A DNA stretch of 64,000 nt from Guillardia theta CCMP2712 (GCF_000315625.1 NW_005434664.1:855662-919661); one strand, 5' to 3'; counted from the stretch's first letter, positions 10,585 to 23,399 are shown. The notes: generated from the sequence alone by a model not told the origin. Program-made: numbers and translations.

Positions 10585-13476
10585 GCATGACAGCCGCCGT
10601 CAGGACACGAGAGGAGGGAGGTCTCGACCAGACTCGCAGCATCGCTCTCCCACCATGAGACAACACAAGGGGGCGAGCACCAGGAAGACGCGAGGAGAAG
10701 ATCAAGGTGCAGGTCAGAAGAAGCTCAAGGAGAAGAGGAGCAACGAGGGGGAGCAGGCAGGCAGACGGGCGTCAAGAGCATGATGGAAGCAGGCAGACAN
10801 NNNNNNNNNNNNNNNNNNNNNNNNNNNNNNNNNNNNNNNNNNNNNNNNNNNNNNNNNNNNNNNNNNNNNNNNNNNNNNNNNNNNNNNNNNNNNNNNNNNN
10901 NNNNNNNNNNNNNNNNNNNNNNNNNNNNNNNNNNNNNNNNNNNNNNNNNNNNNNNNNNNNNNNNNNNNNNNNNNNNNNNNNNNNNNNNNNNNNNNNNNNN
11001 NNNNNNNNNNNNNNNNNNNNNNNNNNNNNNNNNNTCAAACCTCCGAAGTTTCTCACCCACCAAACTTTCTCACCCGCCTGTCCTTTCGCAAGCCATGCAG
11101 GAGGGATCCGCAGGTTCGACTCTCTCGCCCCCACGCACGAGCAAGACAAGACCTCTCCTCGTCCTCCTCTCGCTTGCGACGTCTGTCTGCCTGCTCCCAT
11201 CATGCTCTTGACGCCCGTCTGCCTGCCTGCTCCCCCTCGTTGCTCCTCTTCTCCTTGAGCTTCTTCTGACCTGCACCTTGATCTTCTCCTCGCGTCTTCC
11301 TGGTGCTCGCCCCCTTGTGTTGTCTCATGGTGGGAGAGCGATGCTGCGAGTCTGGTCGAGACCTCCCTCCTCTCGTGTCCTGACGGCGGCTGTCATGCAT
11401 GGATCAGCCGCTCGCATGCGACATTCCGTCGTTGGCTCAGCTGGGACTGATGGACCATCTGGCAGGTGATCCCTTCCAGAGCCTGAGAGGCGAAGGGTCC
11501 GAAGGCTCGATCATCGGTAGGGGAGGGAGGATGGGAGGCAGAAGAGAGGCGTGACGCTTGCTGCAGGGCCTGCGACCCTCATGCTGTGCTGCGTGTGCTG
11601 CTGCTTGAGCTTGCTGATCGCGTACATCATCTGGGCGCTCGTGACCATCTTCGTGACCTTCGGGCGAGTGACACGAGCGAGAGAGGAGGGGAGAGAGCGA
11701 GCGAGCGGAAGGAGGGAGGGAGGAAGAGGGGGAGGGAGGAGGGGGAAGCAGGAGAGGGAGGAGAGGGAGAAGGGTTGGGTGAGGAGGGAGGGGAGGCTGA
11801 CTGTAAGGGGTGCAGGTCTACATCGAGCGCGTGCGGGCGAGCTACAACATCTGGGCTTTCTGTCTCACAGCGGTCAGAGGAATAGAGGGAGACGAGAGGG
11901 AGAGGAAGAGATGGAAGGAGGGCAGGAGGAGAGACGGAGAGGAGAGGGCACTGGCTCTGACGGTGTGCAGGTGGTGATCATGCCTTTGATCGGGTTCATC
12001 ATCTCGTTGACGAGGAACAACAGAGAAGGAGCGTCGATCCTGCAGGTAGAGGATGCGGCATGGGCGGCATGGGCAGAGCGAAGGGAGGAAACGGGACGGG
12101 GGACGCGAGGGGGAGGGGGAGGAGAGCAGGCTAATGAGGAAGGCAGTTTGCGCTAGCGATGGTGAACCTGGGCATCTCGGTGTGGGGCATGTGGCTTTGG
12201 GCGTCGATCAGCAACAACTGCTGGACGTACTTCGAGAGCAGCTTCTGGGATCTGGCGCTGCTGTTCAAGGTAAGGAAACGGAAGGACGAGGCGACGGAGA
12301 GGAACAAAACGAGAGCAGGAAAGACGAGAGGAGGAAGAAGGAGAGGAGACGCGGGGGAGGAGGGAAGAGGAGCAGGAGGAAGAGAGGGGGAGGAGGCGGG
12401 ACATCGCCGAGAGTAACCAGGCGACGGCAGATCAACGTCATCTTGCTTGCGATTACGTTTTTCATGACGCTCTGCGTGATGGTATGAAGAGGAGGGAGGC
12501 GCGGGAGGCGCTGCACGGAGGAGGAGGAGGAGGAGGAGGAGGAGGAGGAGGATTTGACAAGAGAGCGACTGGGCAGTGCATGGGGATCATGTTTCTCGGG
12601 TCGTCGATCCCAGGGTCGACGGACAGCGGATACCAGCGGATGCCGAACGAAGACGATGACAAGGACGAGGTAGAGGAGGGTGGAGGAAGAGAAGACGACG
12701 AGCTGACGGTCAGGCAGGCTTTGCGGTCAGCAGCGTCAGCGGGCAAGACAGACGAGGTGTGGCGGTAGAGGATCAGAAGGGGGAGGGCGAGAACGAGGAC
12801 GCGAGAGAGGAGCGGAGGGAGGAGACGGTGACGGGCGTGTCGGGGGAGCAGGTACGGCGGCTGATCAAGGAGGGCGCTAGGCTGGAAGCGAGGAACAAGA
12901 GGGGCTGGCAGGCGCTGTGAGTAGCCCGGGAGGAGGGGGGAGGAGGGGTTGAGGCGTGGGGCAGGCACTGTGCGGCATCAAGCGGGAGGAAGGAGATCGT
13001 GGAGATCCTCGTAGCGGTGAGGGAGGGAGGAGGGGGAGGAGAGGAGGCTGATGGGGACGGGGTGTGCGCAGGCGGGGGCGGACATTGACGCGGAGACTCA
13101 AGACGGGGAGACGCCGCTACGGCTGGCGAACGGACATGTGAGACAGGGGAGGGGTGGGGAGGAGAGATATGAGAGAGGGGAGGTGAAAGGGGTACCGGAG
13201 AAAGGAATCGTACTGGAAGGGGAGGGACGGGGGGAGGGGGGGGTAAGGGGAAGGGAAGAGGGGGGGGTAAGGGGACGGGAGGAGGGGGGCCCGGGTAAGG
13301 GGACCCGAGGCTTCGGTGTGAACTGATGGATGGGTGGACAGCCTGACGTGGAGGACATCCTGCGGTCGCTGGGGGCGAGAGACAGGTGAGAGGAGGAGGG
13401 GAGTGGTAGAAGCAGAGAGAATGACGGGTGAGGGGCAGCATGGCGAACGCACAGGCGGCGACTCAAGAGTTCGTGT
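8544..13476. repeat. Large inverted duplication: arms 8544-10799 and ~11184-13476, with an assembly gap in the spacer
   Basis: The arms are near-identical reverse complements and give mirrored ORFs in the track; they differ by SNPs, microsatellite lengths and small indels. Confidence 0.93.
10800..11034. other. Assembly gap
   Basis: Run of N. Confidence 1.
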
Positions 13477-13478
13477 AA
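11399..13478 (+). pseudogene. TM+ankyrin protein, copy B, with a 1-bp frameshift (pseudogene or sequencing error)
   Basis: Mirror of copy A, but the exon reads TGCGGGCGAG (3 G at 11835-11837) versus 4 G in copy A (10145-10148), which breaks the SACGASYNIWAF frame; ends TAA 13476-13478. Confidence 0.6.
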
Positions 13479-13849
13479 GAGAGGGAGGTTCAGAAGACTG
13501 GATGAAGGATGTTTTAACGTCGTCGTCGTGAAAGAGGAGGAGGAGGAGGAGGAGGAGGAGGAGGAGGAGAGCGAGAGAGATAGTACTGCACAGCATCTTT
13601 TGTATCCCCTCGTTCTCTTCTTCTCTACTGCTCGTCACGTTTCTGCTAGCCGAATTGTACTATATATAACTTTGTGTTGATTTTATCGATCTGCAAAGAA
13701 CGTCGAAGGAATCCTTCATGTGAAATCCTCGTTGAATGTCTTTCCTACCCGTCCTACCCTATCCCTTCTTCTTCCTCTCTCCGTCAATTCCCTCCATTCC
13801 CTCCTCCCTCCTCCCTGCTTCCTGCTCTTCATCCTGCTACTCTTGCAAG

Positions 13850-14297
13850 TGGTTCCTTTCAAGCTCGATCGAGGAGCTCCACTCGCTCCAGCCAAGGGGC
13901 TCCGACCTGAACCTCACCTGCGCAAGTTTCTCAGCTCAGCCAGCTGGACTTGTCTGCCTACTTGTATCATCTGCGGGAGATCCTCCTCATTGATCTTTCC
14001 CTGCGGGGAGAATGAGAAGGCAGGAGGGAGGAGGAGGAAGCAGTGGACAAGGGAGGAAGGAGGAGTTTAACCAGCAGGGAGGAGAAAGGATTCCAAAGGA
14101 AAGGAGGAAGAAAATTGAAAGTTGAGGGTAGGTGAGACAGAAAAACACCAGATGCCCCCCGAAGTGATGGCCTGACATCTCTCTTGTTTTCTCGTCGTCA
14201 TGTAGGTCTTGCGAATATGTTCTCCACTCTCCTGATGCAACACCTTTCAGTCCTCTTCCTCTCCTCCTCCTCCTCCTCCCCTCCTCCTTATCATCAG

Positions 14298-14331
<34 letters not shown>

Positions 14332-14900
14332 GTCGTCACCCGTCGCAGCGTCAAGTTGCAGGGGAGGCTGTTGCTTCTGTGCATTCCCCTTGTATCTGAT
14401 CTGAAAATGAAGATGAAGGTGAGAAACTGCCGCAGAGCAGAGGAGGCAGGCAAGCTGGGAGGGAGGGAGGGAGGGAGAGAGGGAGGGAGAGAGGGAGGAA
14501 AGAAGAGAACGAGGGAGGTTGGAGGCCAGTAAGGAGATGGAGATGGGCAGGAGCAGCTGAGAAAAACATCTGTCATGTGAAGATGAGGGAATTACTTGAC
14601 AAGCAAACTTGGTCGAGGGCCAGTTGGGCTTGTCAACACGGAAAGTGACCAGCGCTCTCCACTTCTCTCTGACCTTGATGACCTACAACCTCGTGAGCAC
14701 AAGGAAGAGGCGAGGAAGGAGAAGGGGAGAGAGTCGTGGAAGAGGAAGGGGGAGAGTTGTGGCACAGGAAGGGGGAGAAGAGAGGAGCAGCAGTAGGCAA
14801 GCAAAGAGAATGAAGACGAGGACGAGGAAGAGGAAGAGGAAGACGAGGGCAAGGAAATGGAGGGGCAAACCTCCGCGATCGCAAATTCTGTAGGTATGGA
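13850..14900 (-). CDS. Probable further exons (3' extension of the DTW gene or a separate hypothetical gene)
   Basis: Exon-like blocks between low-complexity introns, e.g. VIKVREKWRALVTFRVDKPNWPSTKFACQ and GKINEEDLPQMIQVGRQVQLAELRNLR; phases not resolved. Confidence 0.3.
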
Positions 14901-14928
14901 GCTGGGAGAGAAGAATCGCTCTCGAGCC

Positions 14929-16480
14929 TTACGGTGACTTCAACGTCACACATCGCTCGCAGGCATCAGGTACCAGCAGAGCCTGATTCCTCGCATCGCT
15001 CGCCCTCTTCGCCACCTCCCCCTCCTCATCCTCGTCCTGCTCGTTCCCCATCCCGGCCTGTTCGTCTTCCGCTATCCCCTCCTCCTTTCTCAAGGCTTTG
15101 AGCTTTGCCTCCTCCTCCGATGCCTTTGAGAGGGAAGAGGTGACCAGCGGAAACGAGAAAGAAGCAGGAGGGGAGGAGGAGGGGCGATGAACGACAGAGA
15201 AGAGAGGGGAGGGGAGGGGAGGGGAGGACGGGGCACGTTTCACCTTGTCGTAATGAATGTAGTTGTTCTTGTGCACGAAACTTCTGTCTGATCGATGCAG
15301 ATAATGGAGTTGAATCTGACGGTAGAAATGCGCATAGTAAAAGAGAAGCTGCAAACAATCATCAACGTTGCCTTCCTCTCTTTAGCCAACATCCTGTCCT
15401 CCATATTCCCTTCTCATCCCCTCCCCGTAATCCCTTCCCCCCCACCAACTCTTCATCCTCTAACTCTCCTCTCCTCTCCTCTCCTCTCCTCACTCCATCC
15501 ACTCTCTTCTTCACCTGATCGTATCTCCCATCATAACCTCCAGCAGTCGCGATGGAGTACTGCCGGAGGAGGTGAAAGATACACTCAGCGGTCGACAGGA
15601 AAGCTTCTCCATGCGCGTGATATCTGTGACATGCTCAGCTGCATTCGGCACCCGAGGGGTCAAGACCTCCAGAAAGTTGTTTGTTCAGCTGCAATCTTGA
15701 CATGTGGCATGCCGCTGCCGTCACGTTCACTCCCCTCTAACGCCAACAAGTCTCTCCCTCACCGGAATCTTTCATCTCGCAGGATCTGGTTGGTGGTCAA
15801 CCACGTGCTGTCGATGACGAAGACTCTCTTGATCCCCTCCCACCTCATCTCACTCGCCTCCACCGCATCCTTGCTTGGAAACAGCAGCAGCGAGTCCTTG
15901 TACGTCCCCCTCCTCCCTCCCTCCTCCTCTCCTCCCTCCCCCGCCCCTTCCTCGTCTGCTTCAGGGAGGGCAGGGTAGGTGAAGATCTCAACGTCGGGGG
16001 AGGTGAGGCTGACGTGTGTGGCCGTGCTCTTGCTCTTGTTCTCCCGCGCATGGCGAACTATCGCAACCTGGAACGGCAGCGCGACTGAGGGGACGAGCGA
16101 CGCGTCGCCCACAGCGCGCGTGCATTCCTCGCAGTAGTACTTCTTGGGAGCCTGACAGGAGGGGCATCCGTGCTTCTGGTTCCGTAGCGCCTGCATGGAA
16201 GGAGGAGAACAAGGAGTGGAGCAGGAGGAGGAGGAGGAGGAGGAGGAGGAGGAGGAGGAGGAGGAGGAGAGCCCGTCAGTCTGAGCATGAATGTCCAGCT
16301 GACTTTCCCACCTGCCTCTCAAACGCCTCGCTTCTGAGGTCCCACAGGAGAGACTCAACAAGGTGCCTCGTCCCCGCTCCTCTATTCTCGTCTGCCAGGT
16401 CGTCCACCCCCACCCCCACCACGAGACGAGCTGCTGCCTTCTTCTTCTTCTGACCGCTGCCGCTGCTGTTGTCCTGTGCC
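14929..16480 (-). CDS. DTW-domain tRNA-uridine aminocarboxypropyltransferase (DTWD1-like)
   Basis: CPSC...YYCEEC zinc ribbon, RHARENKSKSTA, LLFPS, VIDSTW, TTFWRY, FLSTAECI and YDQLLFYY across spliced exons; 5' end unresolved (possibly extends to ~16930). Confidence 0.85.
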
Positions 16481-17002
16481 TGGAGGAGAGAGAGTCAGAT
16501 CCCCTGGGAGAAAGAGGGGTAAGGCTGGGGAGGGGGTGAGCCGGTGGGAGGGGGGAGGCTGGGGAAGTTTGCTCCTGTCATGCTGCTCACCTTCGGGCGT
16601 TTCATCTCGGAAGCATAGTGTGAGTTGCCTCCCATCACGGCGGCGATTATGTCAGATCCTCTTCATCCTCTTCCTCTGTCTCTCCTGCCATCATCGTTAC
16701 CGGAGATGAGCAACAAACACGATGCCTCCCCGCCTTGTACAGATGATTTCATCTCCCCGACTCTCCTCCTTGATCCTGCCTATCCCCTTCCCTCCCTCCT
16801 CTCAGCCCCCTTGCTTGCACAACCTCCCTCGTCTCTCCTCCTCTTCTCATTCATGGTCTTCCTCCTCCCTTCCCCCCCCCCCCCTCCCCCGGGTCCTCGT
16901 CCTACAATCGTCCACATCCCAGCATGCCCACATTTCCGAGGCCGCAATATCTGTAACCGAATACAACGGTTGCGGTGTAACGGAGAAAACGGTCGCGCCA
17001 GC

Positions 17003-20000
17003 ATGGATTCGCCGTGGCAAAGGGCGCATCATGGGAGGCGCCTGCTGTCTTCCATGTCGCCTGTCCTCCTCCTCCTCCTCCTCCTCCTCATCGTAAGAAT
17101 CTCTCACCTTCATCGCCTCGCTCGTCGTGCCATGCTGCATCGTCACTCGTGCGCGATATCCCTCGAGTACTTGCGATCCTGTCCCCTGTGCTCTTAGGGT
17201 TTCATGCCTGACGAAGCTGATGATCTAGGAGGTAGTTCCGGGAGAGAGAAAGTCTGCCATGACATCAAGCGCTAAGATCGCGTCAGAGCGCTCGCCCTTC
17301 AGCCGGCTCATCATGCAGTTGAGGGGGGGTCGGCGGTCGGACCACCTTCCACGTTCGTTCAAGGTGCGCGAGCGCGGGATGCTGATGGAACGTTGGGATG
17401 ACGTTGGACACAGAGAGCGTTGCGGAGGCACACGAAGTCAAGGTTGATGGAGGAGAAGAAGAAGAGGTTTGAGCTGCTTGCCTTGTCTCGCCGAGACGGG
17501 TTACCGAGTGCTTGAAGGGGGAAAGGGCTCGACGCTCTGATAGAAAGGCTCAACGCAACCAACAAGCTACCACGTGAGATGACGACTAGTTGCAGTCTCG
17601 CTCACTTGAGAACCCTGACTCTCGTGCTTTCTCGATCCCTGCTCGGCAGCACCAGAGACCGAGGAGGTCGAAGCACCAAGGACATGGTAACTGGTGAGAG
17701 GGTGGAGGCAGCAGGAGCTGAGTGGAGCATCAGGTGGTGGAAACCCTTGATGGAAGATGATCCTCCCGACCTGAGCGTACTCTTGGACAACGACCCTCCT
17801 CCTCCCTCCCAGCGTCCCCTCGGCCCCGACGGGTGACAGACGTTGCTCGCGATGATGCTTGTCTGAGAGAACTGGAAACCAGCAAGCCGGTGTGCGCCAA
17901 CTACGATCACCTTGCGAAGAAGATGCGAAATGTCGAGCCCGTCCAAGAGGAGGTCCATGCTCTCCTGCTCCCTTCACTCCTCTCCTCCTCTGCACTGTCT
18001 TCCTTCCCCTTCCTCCTCTTACTGCTGTCTCGTGTGCTTTACCAGACCACCATATCTCTGCTGATTCTGATATTTTCTTCGTCCCCCTCCAGCTCTGGGC
18101 CGCCTGCGGCTGCTACGCGTTTGACGATCCTGTGGATCGGACTTACTCCAGGATTGACATACCAGAGGTATGGTGGTCGTGATCGTCATGAAGGGTCAGG
18201 GGAAGCAAGCAGGGAAGAGGATAAGGTGGTTGTGGTTGTGGTGAGAAAGAATGTCAGAGATAAGGAGGAAGAGGAGGTAGAGGAGGAAGAAGCAGGGCAG
18301 GGAGGAGAAGGAGGGGAGGGGGGGGAATGATAGTGGCGAGCGTAGAGGGGAATTTCGTAGGAGGGAGAAGGTTGGACAGAAAGTTCGATCTTTTAATCAA
18401 AGCGAGAGCAAATGGTGGAGCGATACAAGGTGGCTGGGGCGCCGGATGAATTCTAAATATTTGTCTCTCAATTGCATCCTATGACATGTGCGAACAGATC
18501 GTACGATGTCTGAAAGAGGGAGCGGATGTGAATATGGGCCATCCCTTAGATCGCAACAACACGCCGCTGCATTACTTGTGAGTTGGAGGGCGCGAGAGGT
18601 CTTGTTGAGAAACCTTGTGGCGAATCTGTCGTGATCGTTATGATCCACAACTTGAAGTAGTCATGGAGCTGTGTTTGTGTTGCGACGCACCTTGTTGTGT
18701 CGCACCATGATGGAAAAGAAGTCATGTCAGCACGATTCATGTCTTGGGCTCAAGTTCTGCCTGTGAAGTTGGATCCCAGGTGCCGAAATGGATCTGTCGA
18801 GGCGATCGAGACGGTGATAGCGCATGGAGCGAATGTTTCAGCCATCAACAATGGTGACGATGTTTGTTTGAGCTTCGAAGATTCGACCATGAAGGGGTGC
18901 AATACAGGTTTGATGCAGTGGACTCCGCTACACGCGGCTGCATACATGGGGATGGTGGAGGTAGGGGGGCCACTATCACTTCTCAACACTCTGTTCATCT
19001 CGACAACTTTCTCCTGTTCATCGCTCACCCTCGCTGAGCACTCTCCCTTGTTCAGCAGGGATGTCTGAAGTCACTTGACAGGCCGTGCAAGTGTTGGTCA
19101 AGCATGGAGCCAACGTGACCTGCGTCGATGACGACGGTTGGATGCCAATTCACTTGTAAGGATGGAACCGTCTTGAAGATCAGAGGTTGACAGCGAACTT
19201 GAACAGTGCGAGCTACGGGGGTCATGCGGACGTTTGCAAAGTTCTTGTTGAGCTGGGGTGTCCAGTGGACATCAGGTGGGGAGATGAAGATTCCTGCAAG
19301 GTTGACGGCAAACTGATTAATCTTGCTCGCAGATTCCCCGAGTTTTCTTGGTCCGCACTTCACATAGCGGCCAGGTGTGAAGATGACGATATCAGTGTGA
19401 CGATCCGAAATGAACATGTTCGCTACAGCCGAGGGTTCCCCGACGTCTGCGTGACGCTCATGGAAGTCGGAGCCGGTGAGAGAACGCTTTCCCTTCATTC
19501 CCATGCTGATGTCTCAACGAGCAGACTGGCACGCGAAGGACTTCTTGTTTCATGTTGGCTGCTCGCCTGCTGAAGGGCAATAACGAGATGTGTCACAGGA
19601 CGCCTTTGACGTGGCGAGCAAGTTCGGAATGCGAGGTCTGCCATTCTTGTGCCCCGCTGCGAGACTTTTGCTAACGACATCGAAAGAATGCTCGGCGATC
19701 TTCAAGAGCAAGATGAGGTTGGCGCGATCCGCTTGTTGTCGTGAATCTCCACAGCGGCGCTGACCTTGTCAAACCTGATGCGACCGCAGGGAAGAATCGA
19801 TCTACGACCTTGAATGCCTCGAGACCACCATCGAGGTAAGAGGTTGAGATTCCACCGGGTCGTTTTGACCCATGACTGCCCCTCGGTTTGTCAAGCGTTG
19901 ACTCCATTCCTCTCCGCCCGCCCCAACCCCCTCGTTTCCTGTCCCTTGCTATTCTGCCTTTCTGTCTTTCCCCCTTCTTCTCCTCCTTCTCTGCCTTGCT

Positions 20001-22470
20001 ACCTTTCTCCCTCCTCCGCTTCCTTTTTCGCCCCCTCCCCTCCTTCTCCAGGGAAAGAAAGTCCTTCTTGTGGTATCTGGGCAGTTTGCAGGTAAGAACC
20101 GCAACTCCTTGGTATGCAGCTGAAGTCTGCTGCTGCAAGGAAACGTCTACTCCCACGTTAGTGACCCGGGGAAAGTGAGCGAGGACGGAACGCGCGCGTG
20201 TCCTCTTCGTGTTGACAGGAGGTGCAGGAGGAGAGTCAGTACCTTGGGAGGTTGAGGATAGAAGATCATGTTAGTCTCCCCTCCTCTCCTCGTCCTCCTC
20301 TTAGCTACGATGCAGACCATAGATCCTTCTATCCCTGAAGAGCAAGGCTGTCAACAGGTTTCATGCACCCTCCCTCTCATTTTCTCTACCATCCCATCCT
20401 CTTGCCCCATTCTTGTTCATCTCCCTGCCTGTACTTCCCTCAATCATCTCGTCTATCGTCTCTCTGCCTCTCCTCTCCTCTCCTCTCCTCTCCTCTCCTC
20501 TCCTCTCCTCTCCTCTCCTCTCCTCTCCTCTCCTCTCCTCTCCTCGCCTCTCGTGTTCCGATCATGGCAGGTCTAAGAATTCTCCATCCAGGTCGACGAT
20601 GACGAGGAAATGCCCGAGCCTCCTGACTGGGCTTATCACACCGATGGGACCCCGTGGGAGTACACGATGAGCCTGATGGAGGAGATTAAGGTGGGAGAAG
20701 GAAAAGGAGAGCACGGAGCACGGAGCACGGAGGGAGGAAGGAGACGGGCGGGGGGAGCGAGGAGGGAGACAAGAAGGAACGAGGATAGATAGAGGAGGCA
20801 GAAGGGAGGGGAGAGGCAGGAGGCAGGACGATGATAGTTGGAGGAGGTAACGAATTTGTATCAGGTTGAAGGCGAGAAATATCTGTTGGAAGCCGGAACA
20901 GCTGCCGTATACCAGTACAGGAAACCTCACAGATTTCTGGGGCTTCTAAGGAAGGACAAGACGATCGATTTTGGTGCTAGAATGCCAGGTGAGTGTGAAA
21001 GTGGTGGTGGTGGTGTGGTGGTGGTGGTGATGATGATGGAGATGGAGATGATGATAATGGATATGGAGATGATGATGATTCCGAGAAGATGAACAATGAT
21101 TTACATGATGATGAGAGGGAAGTGGTGGAAGATGATGAGGATGACGATTGGAGTGAGTTTGAGCATGCAGGATGGGGCGATACTCCATTCAACGTCCAAG
21201 AGCCCATGATGCCGGGAAGACCTAGTTTTGTGATAGGTAAACGATTTCACACTGACTGCATTCAATGGGTTGATGAAGAAGTTTGGAGGAGGAGAAGGGG
21301 GAAGGGGCAGGAAAGGGGAAGAAATCTGATGATGACGGAGAGGGGAGGAAGAGGGGGGAAGGAAGAGGGTAGTGGAACACCACATGATCGGGATGGGGGT
21401 GGGTGGGGTTGAAGGCAAGAGGAGGAGGAGTGCGAAAGAGCTGAGAACGTCTCAGGGAAGCTGAATGGATCCATTGACGCGGCTCGTCAGTACAACAAGA
21501 AGCTGCACGAGGGGCCATGGAAGGTGAAGTCCGAGGACGCTGCGTTGCGTCTGAATCATCGCACAACCCAGAAAATGCACGAGTACGGCATCTTCAAGCT
21601 CAACGTGGACGGAATCTCGAGTTATCCGCCCGAGTGCGAGGAGGGGCAGCCCTGTCCTTCGCTGGAACCTTCGAGGTCAGACCGCCGACGGGGCTGCGGC
21701 TGCTCCTCCGACGTGCTGATGTGATCCCCTCGCAGCAGGAAGAAGAGCTCGAAGAAGAGCTCCACGGACCTCATGGAGCTGGATGAGAGTGACGAGGTAA
21801 GGAAGCCCAGAAAGATCAAAGGCCTCGGGCCGAAGACCCCCCCGGCGAAATCCTTTGAAGATCAGGTGATGGCAGTTCTTCCTTTCCTCCCATCCGTGTG
21901 TTGCCTGTGATGCTCCTGCGTCATCCTTCTTCTCCTCACTTCGTCCTCCTCTTTTCCTTCTCCTTCTCCTTCTCCTTCCCCTCCCCTTGCCCCTCTCTTT
22001 CGACTCGCTAACTAATGGCCCGCAGCTCGCAGACGCCATGTGGGAGATCAGGTCCAAGGAGCTGCAGCGCAGTGTAAGGTGACCGCACAGGATGCTCCGC
22101 GTCCGAGCTGAACTGAATGCGAATGTCAGGTATGAGGCAGTCGGTGAAGACGTCGTTGGCATACGACAAGACAAGCACCCTTTGTGGAGGAAGACAGCGT
22201 GCAAGTGAGCAGCATCGCGCGATCTCCTTCACGTTCTGATCTCTTGGATCTTTAAAGGTGTCTGCACTGTGAAGATCTGCGGAAAGGAAAGACAGGTAAT
22301 GACTCCATGGACCGCATGTTGGACCTGATGGAAGGGGAAAGGAATTATTTGTCACTGCCGGCACTGCTTCCTGGAAGGGTATTGGGTCGCCAAGGTGACA
22401 AGCTTCATCCTCTCTCTTCTCTCACCCGCACATGCAGTATCCGAAGGTGGTTCTATCAGATTTGGTTTGA
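17003..22470 (+). CDS. Multi-exon ankyrin-repeat protein with signal/transit-like leader, duplicated small beta-module and C-terminal CxCxHC pair
   Basis: Ankyrin exons WTPLHAAAYMG, ASYGGHADVCKVLVELG and WSALHIAAR. Phase-consistent splicing traced from 19790 to ~20990 and at both ends; ends ...CKCLHC...CHCRHCFLEGYWVAKYPKVVLSDLV* (TGA 22468-22470). Some internal joins not verified. Confidence 0.6.
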
Positions 22471-22570
22471 ACACAAACAGTTTCCATTTTCTTCTTGTTC
22501 TTATGTACAGAAAGAAAGATATCTACACCTCTCACAGAATACAACATTATGTTACAGTCACATCAGCGCC

Positions 22571-23083
22571 TCACAGCTCACATATCATCTGGTGACCCCA
22601 CATTGCGGGGTGCACAAGAACGCGATATGGCTGAGAAGAGCTTGCGATCTCCCGGCGACATGGCTTTCTTTGGGGGTTCGCACGCAGTCCAGCTGCACTT
22701 GTCGCTCTTGGACGCTTGGGGATGGAGCAAGAACGAGGCGAGAGAACCTGAGAGGAGACGTCAAGTCCTGCCCTCCAGCATGCGAAAATGAGGATCTTAC
22801 CGACGATGTCTTGCTGGTGATGGTTGGGGATGCTGTAAGAACCCACAATCATTCTTGCGAACCTGCTCACTGATTTCTCAAAATCGTCCTCCGACGATCG
22901 GAGGAATGCTGGGCGATTCGCTCCATCGTTCAAGCTCATGCTCAAACGAGTGAGGGGGACCTTGTCTGCTCGCACAGACTTGATGTGGATGGCAGGGACG
23001 AAGCAAAAGTCTTTCTTTGCCGACCCACACGAAATGCACAGCGACCAAAGGATCGCGCAGACAATCAACTTAACAGCACGCAT
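22571..23083 (-). CDS. Hypothetical protein with signal peptide, possibly plastid-targeted
   Basis: 170-aa ORF starting MRAVKLIVCAILWSLCISCG...FCFVP followed by a basic/Ser-rich segment; no recognisable domain. Confidence 0.4.
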   Translation of the reverse strand: MRAVKLIVCAILWSLCISCGSAKKDFCFVPAIHIKSVRADKVPLTRLSMSLNDGANRPAFLRSSEDDFEKSVSRFARMIVGSYSIPNHHQQDIVGKILIFACWRAGLDVSSQVLSPRSCSIPKRPRATSAAGLRANPQRKPCRREIASSSQPYRVLVHPAMWGHQMICEL

Positions 23084-23399
23084 GGCAGAGGAGGCAGTGA
23101 AAGTGAAGAGCGAGGCTCGATGATAAGAAACAAAAGACTTGAAGAAACTTGAAGGGACTTGATCCTGTCATCAGGCATACGTCACTCCCTGCCACAAATT
23201 CAAGCTTTCGATTTAAACAACACGAATGCACTTCTAATTTCACATTTTGAAAGTCAGCATGTGCAGAAACAGAAAAAGCATATTCGCATCTAAATCATTT
23301 GTATACGAGTCTCGACGAGCCGAACTAGCAGCGCATCTCGACTTCCGACTGACCTAGAGGCTGAACGGATCGATGACTCCGCCATTCCTCATTTATTTG

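Noticed and set aside
8544-13476. Transposon with long terminal inverted repeats
   Set aside because: Arms are an intron-containing host-type gene; no transposase or TSD visible, though the spacer is partly N
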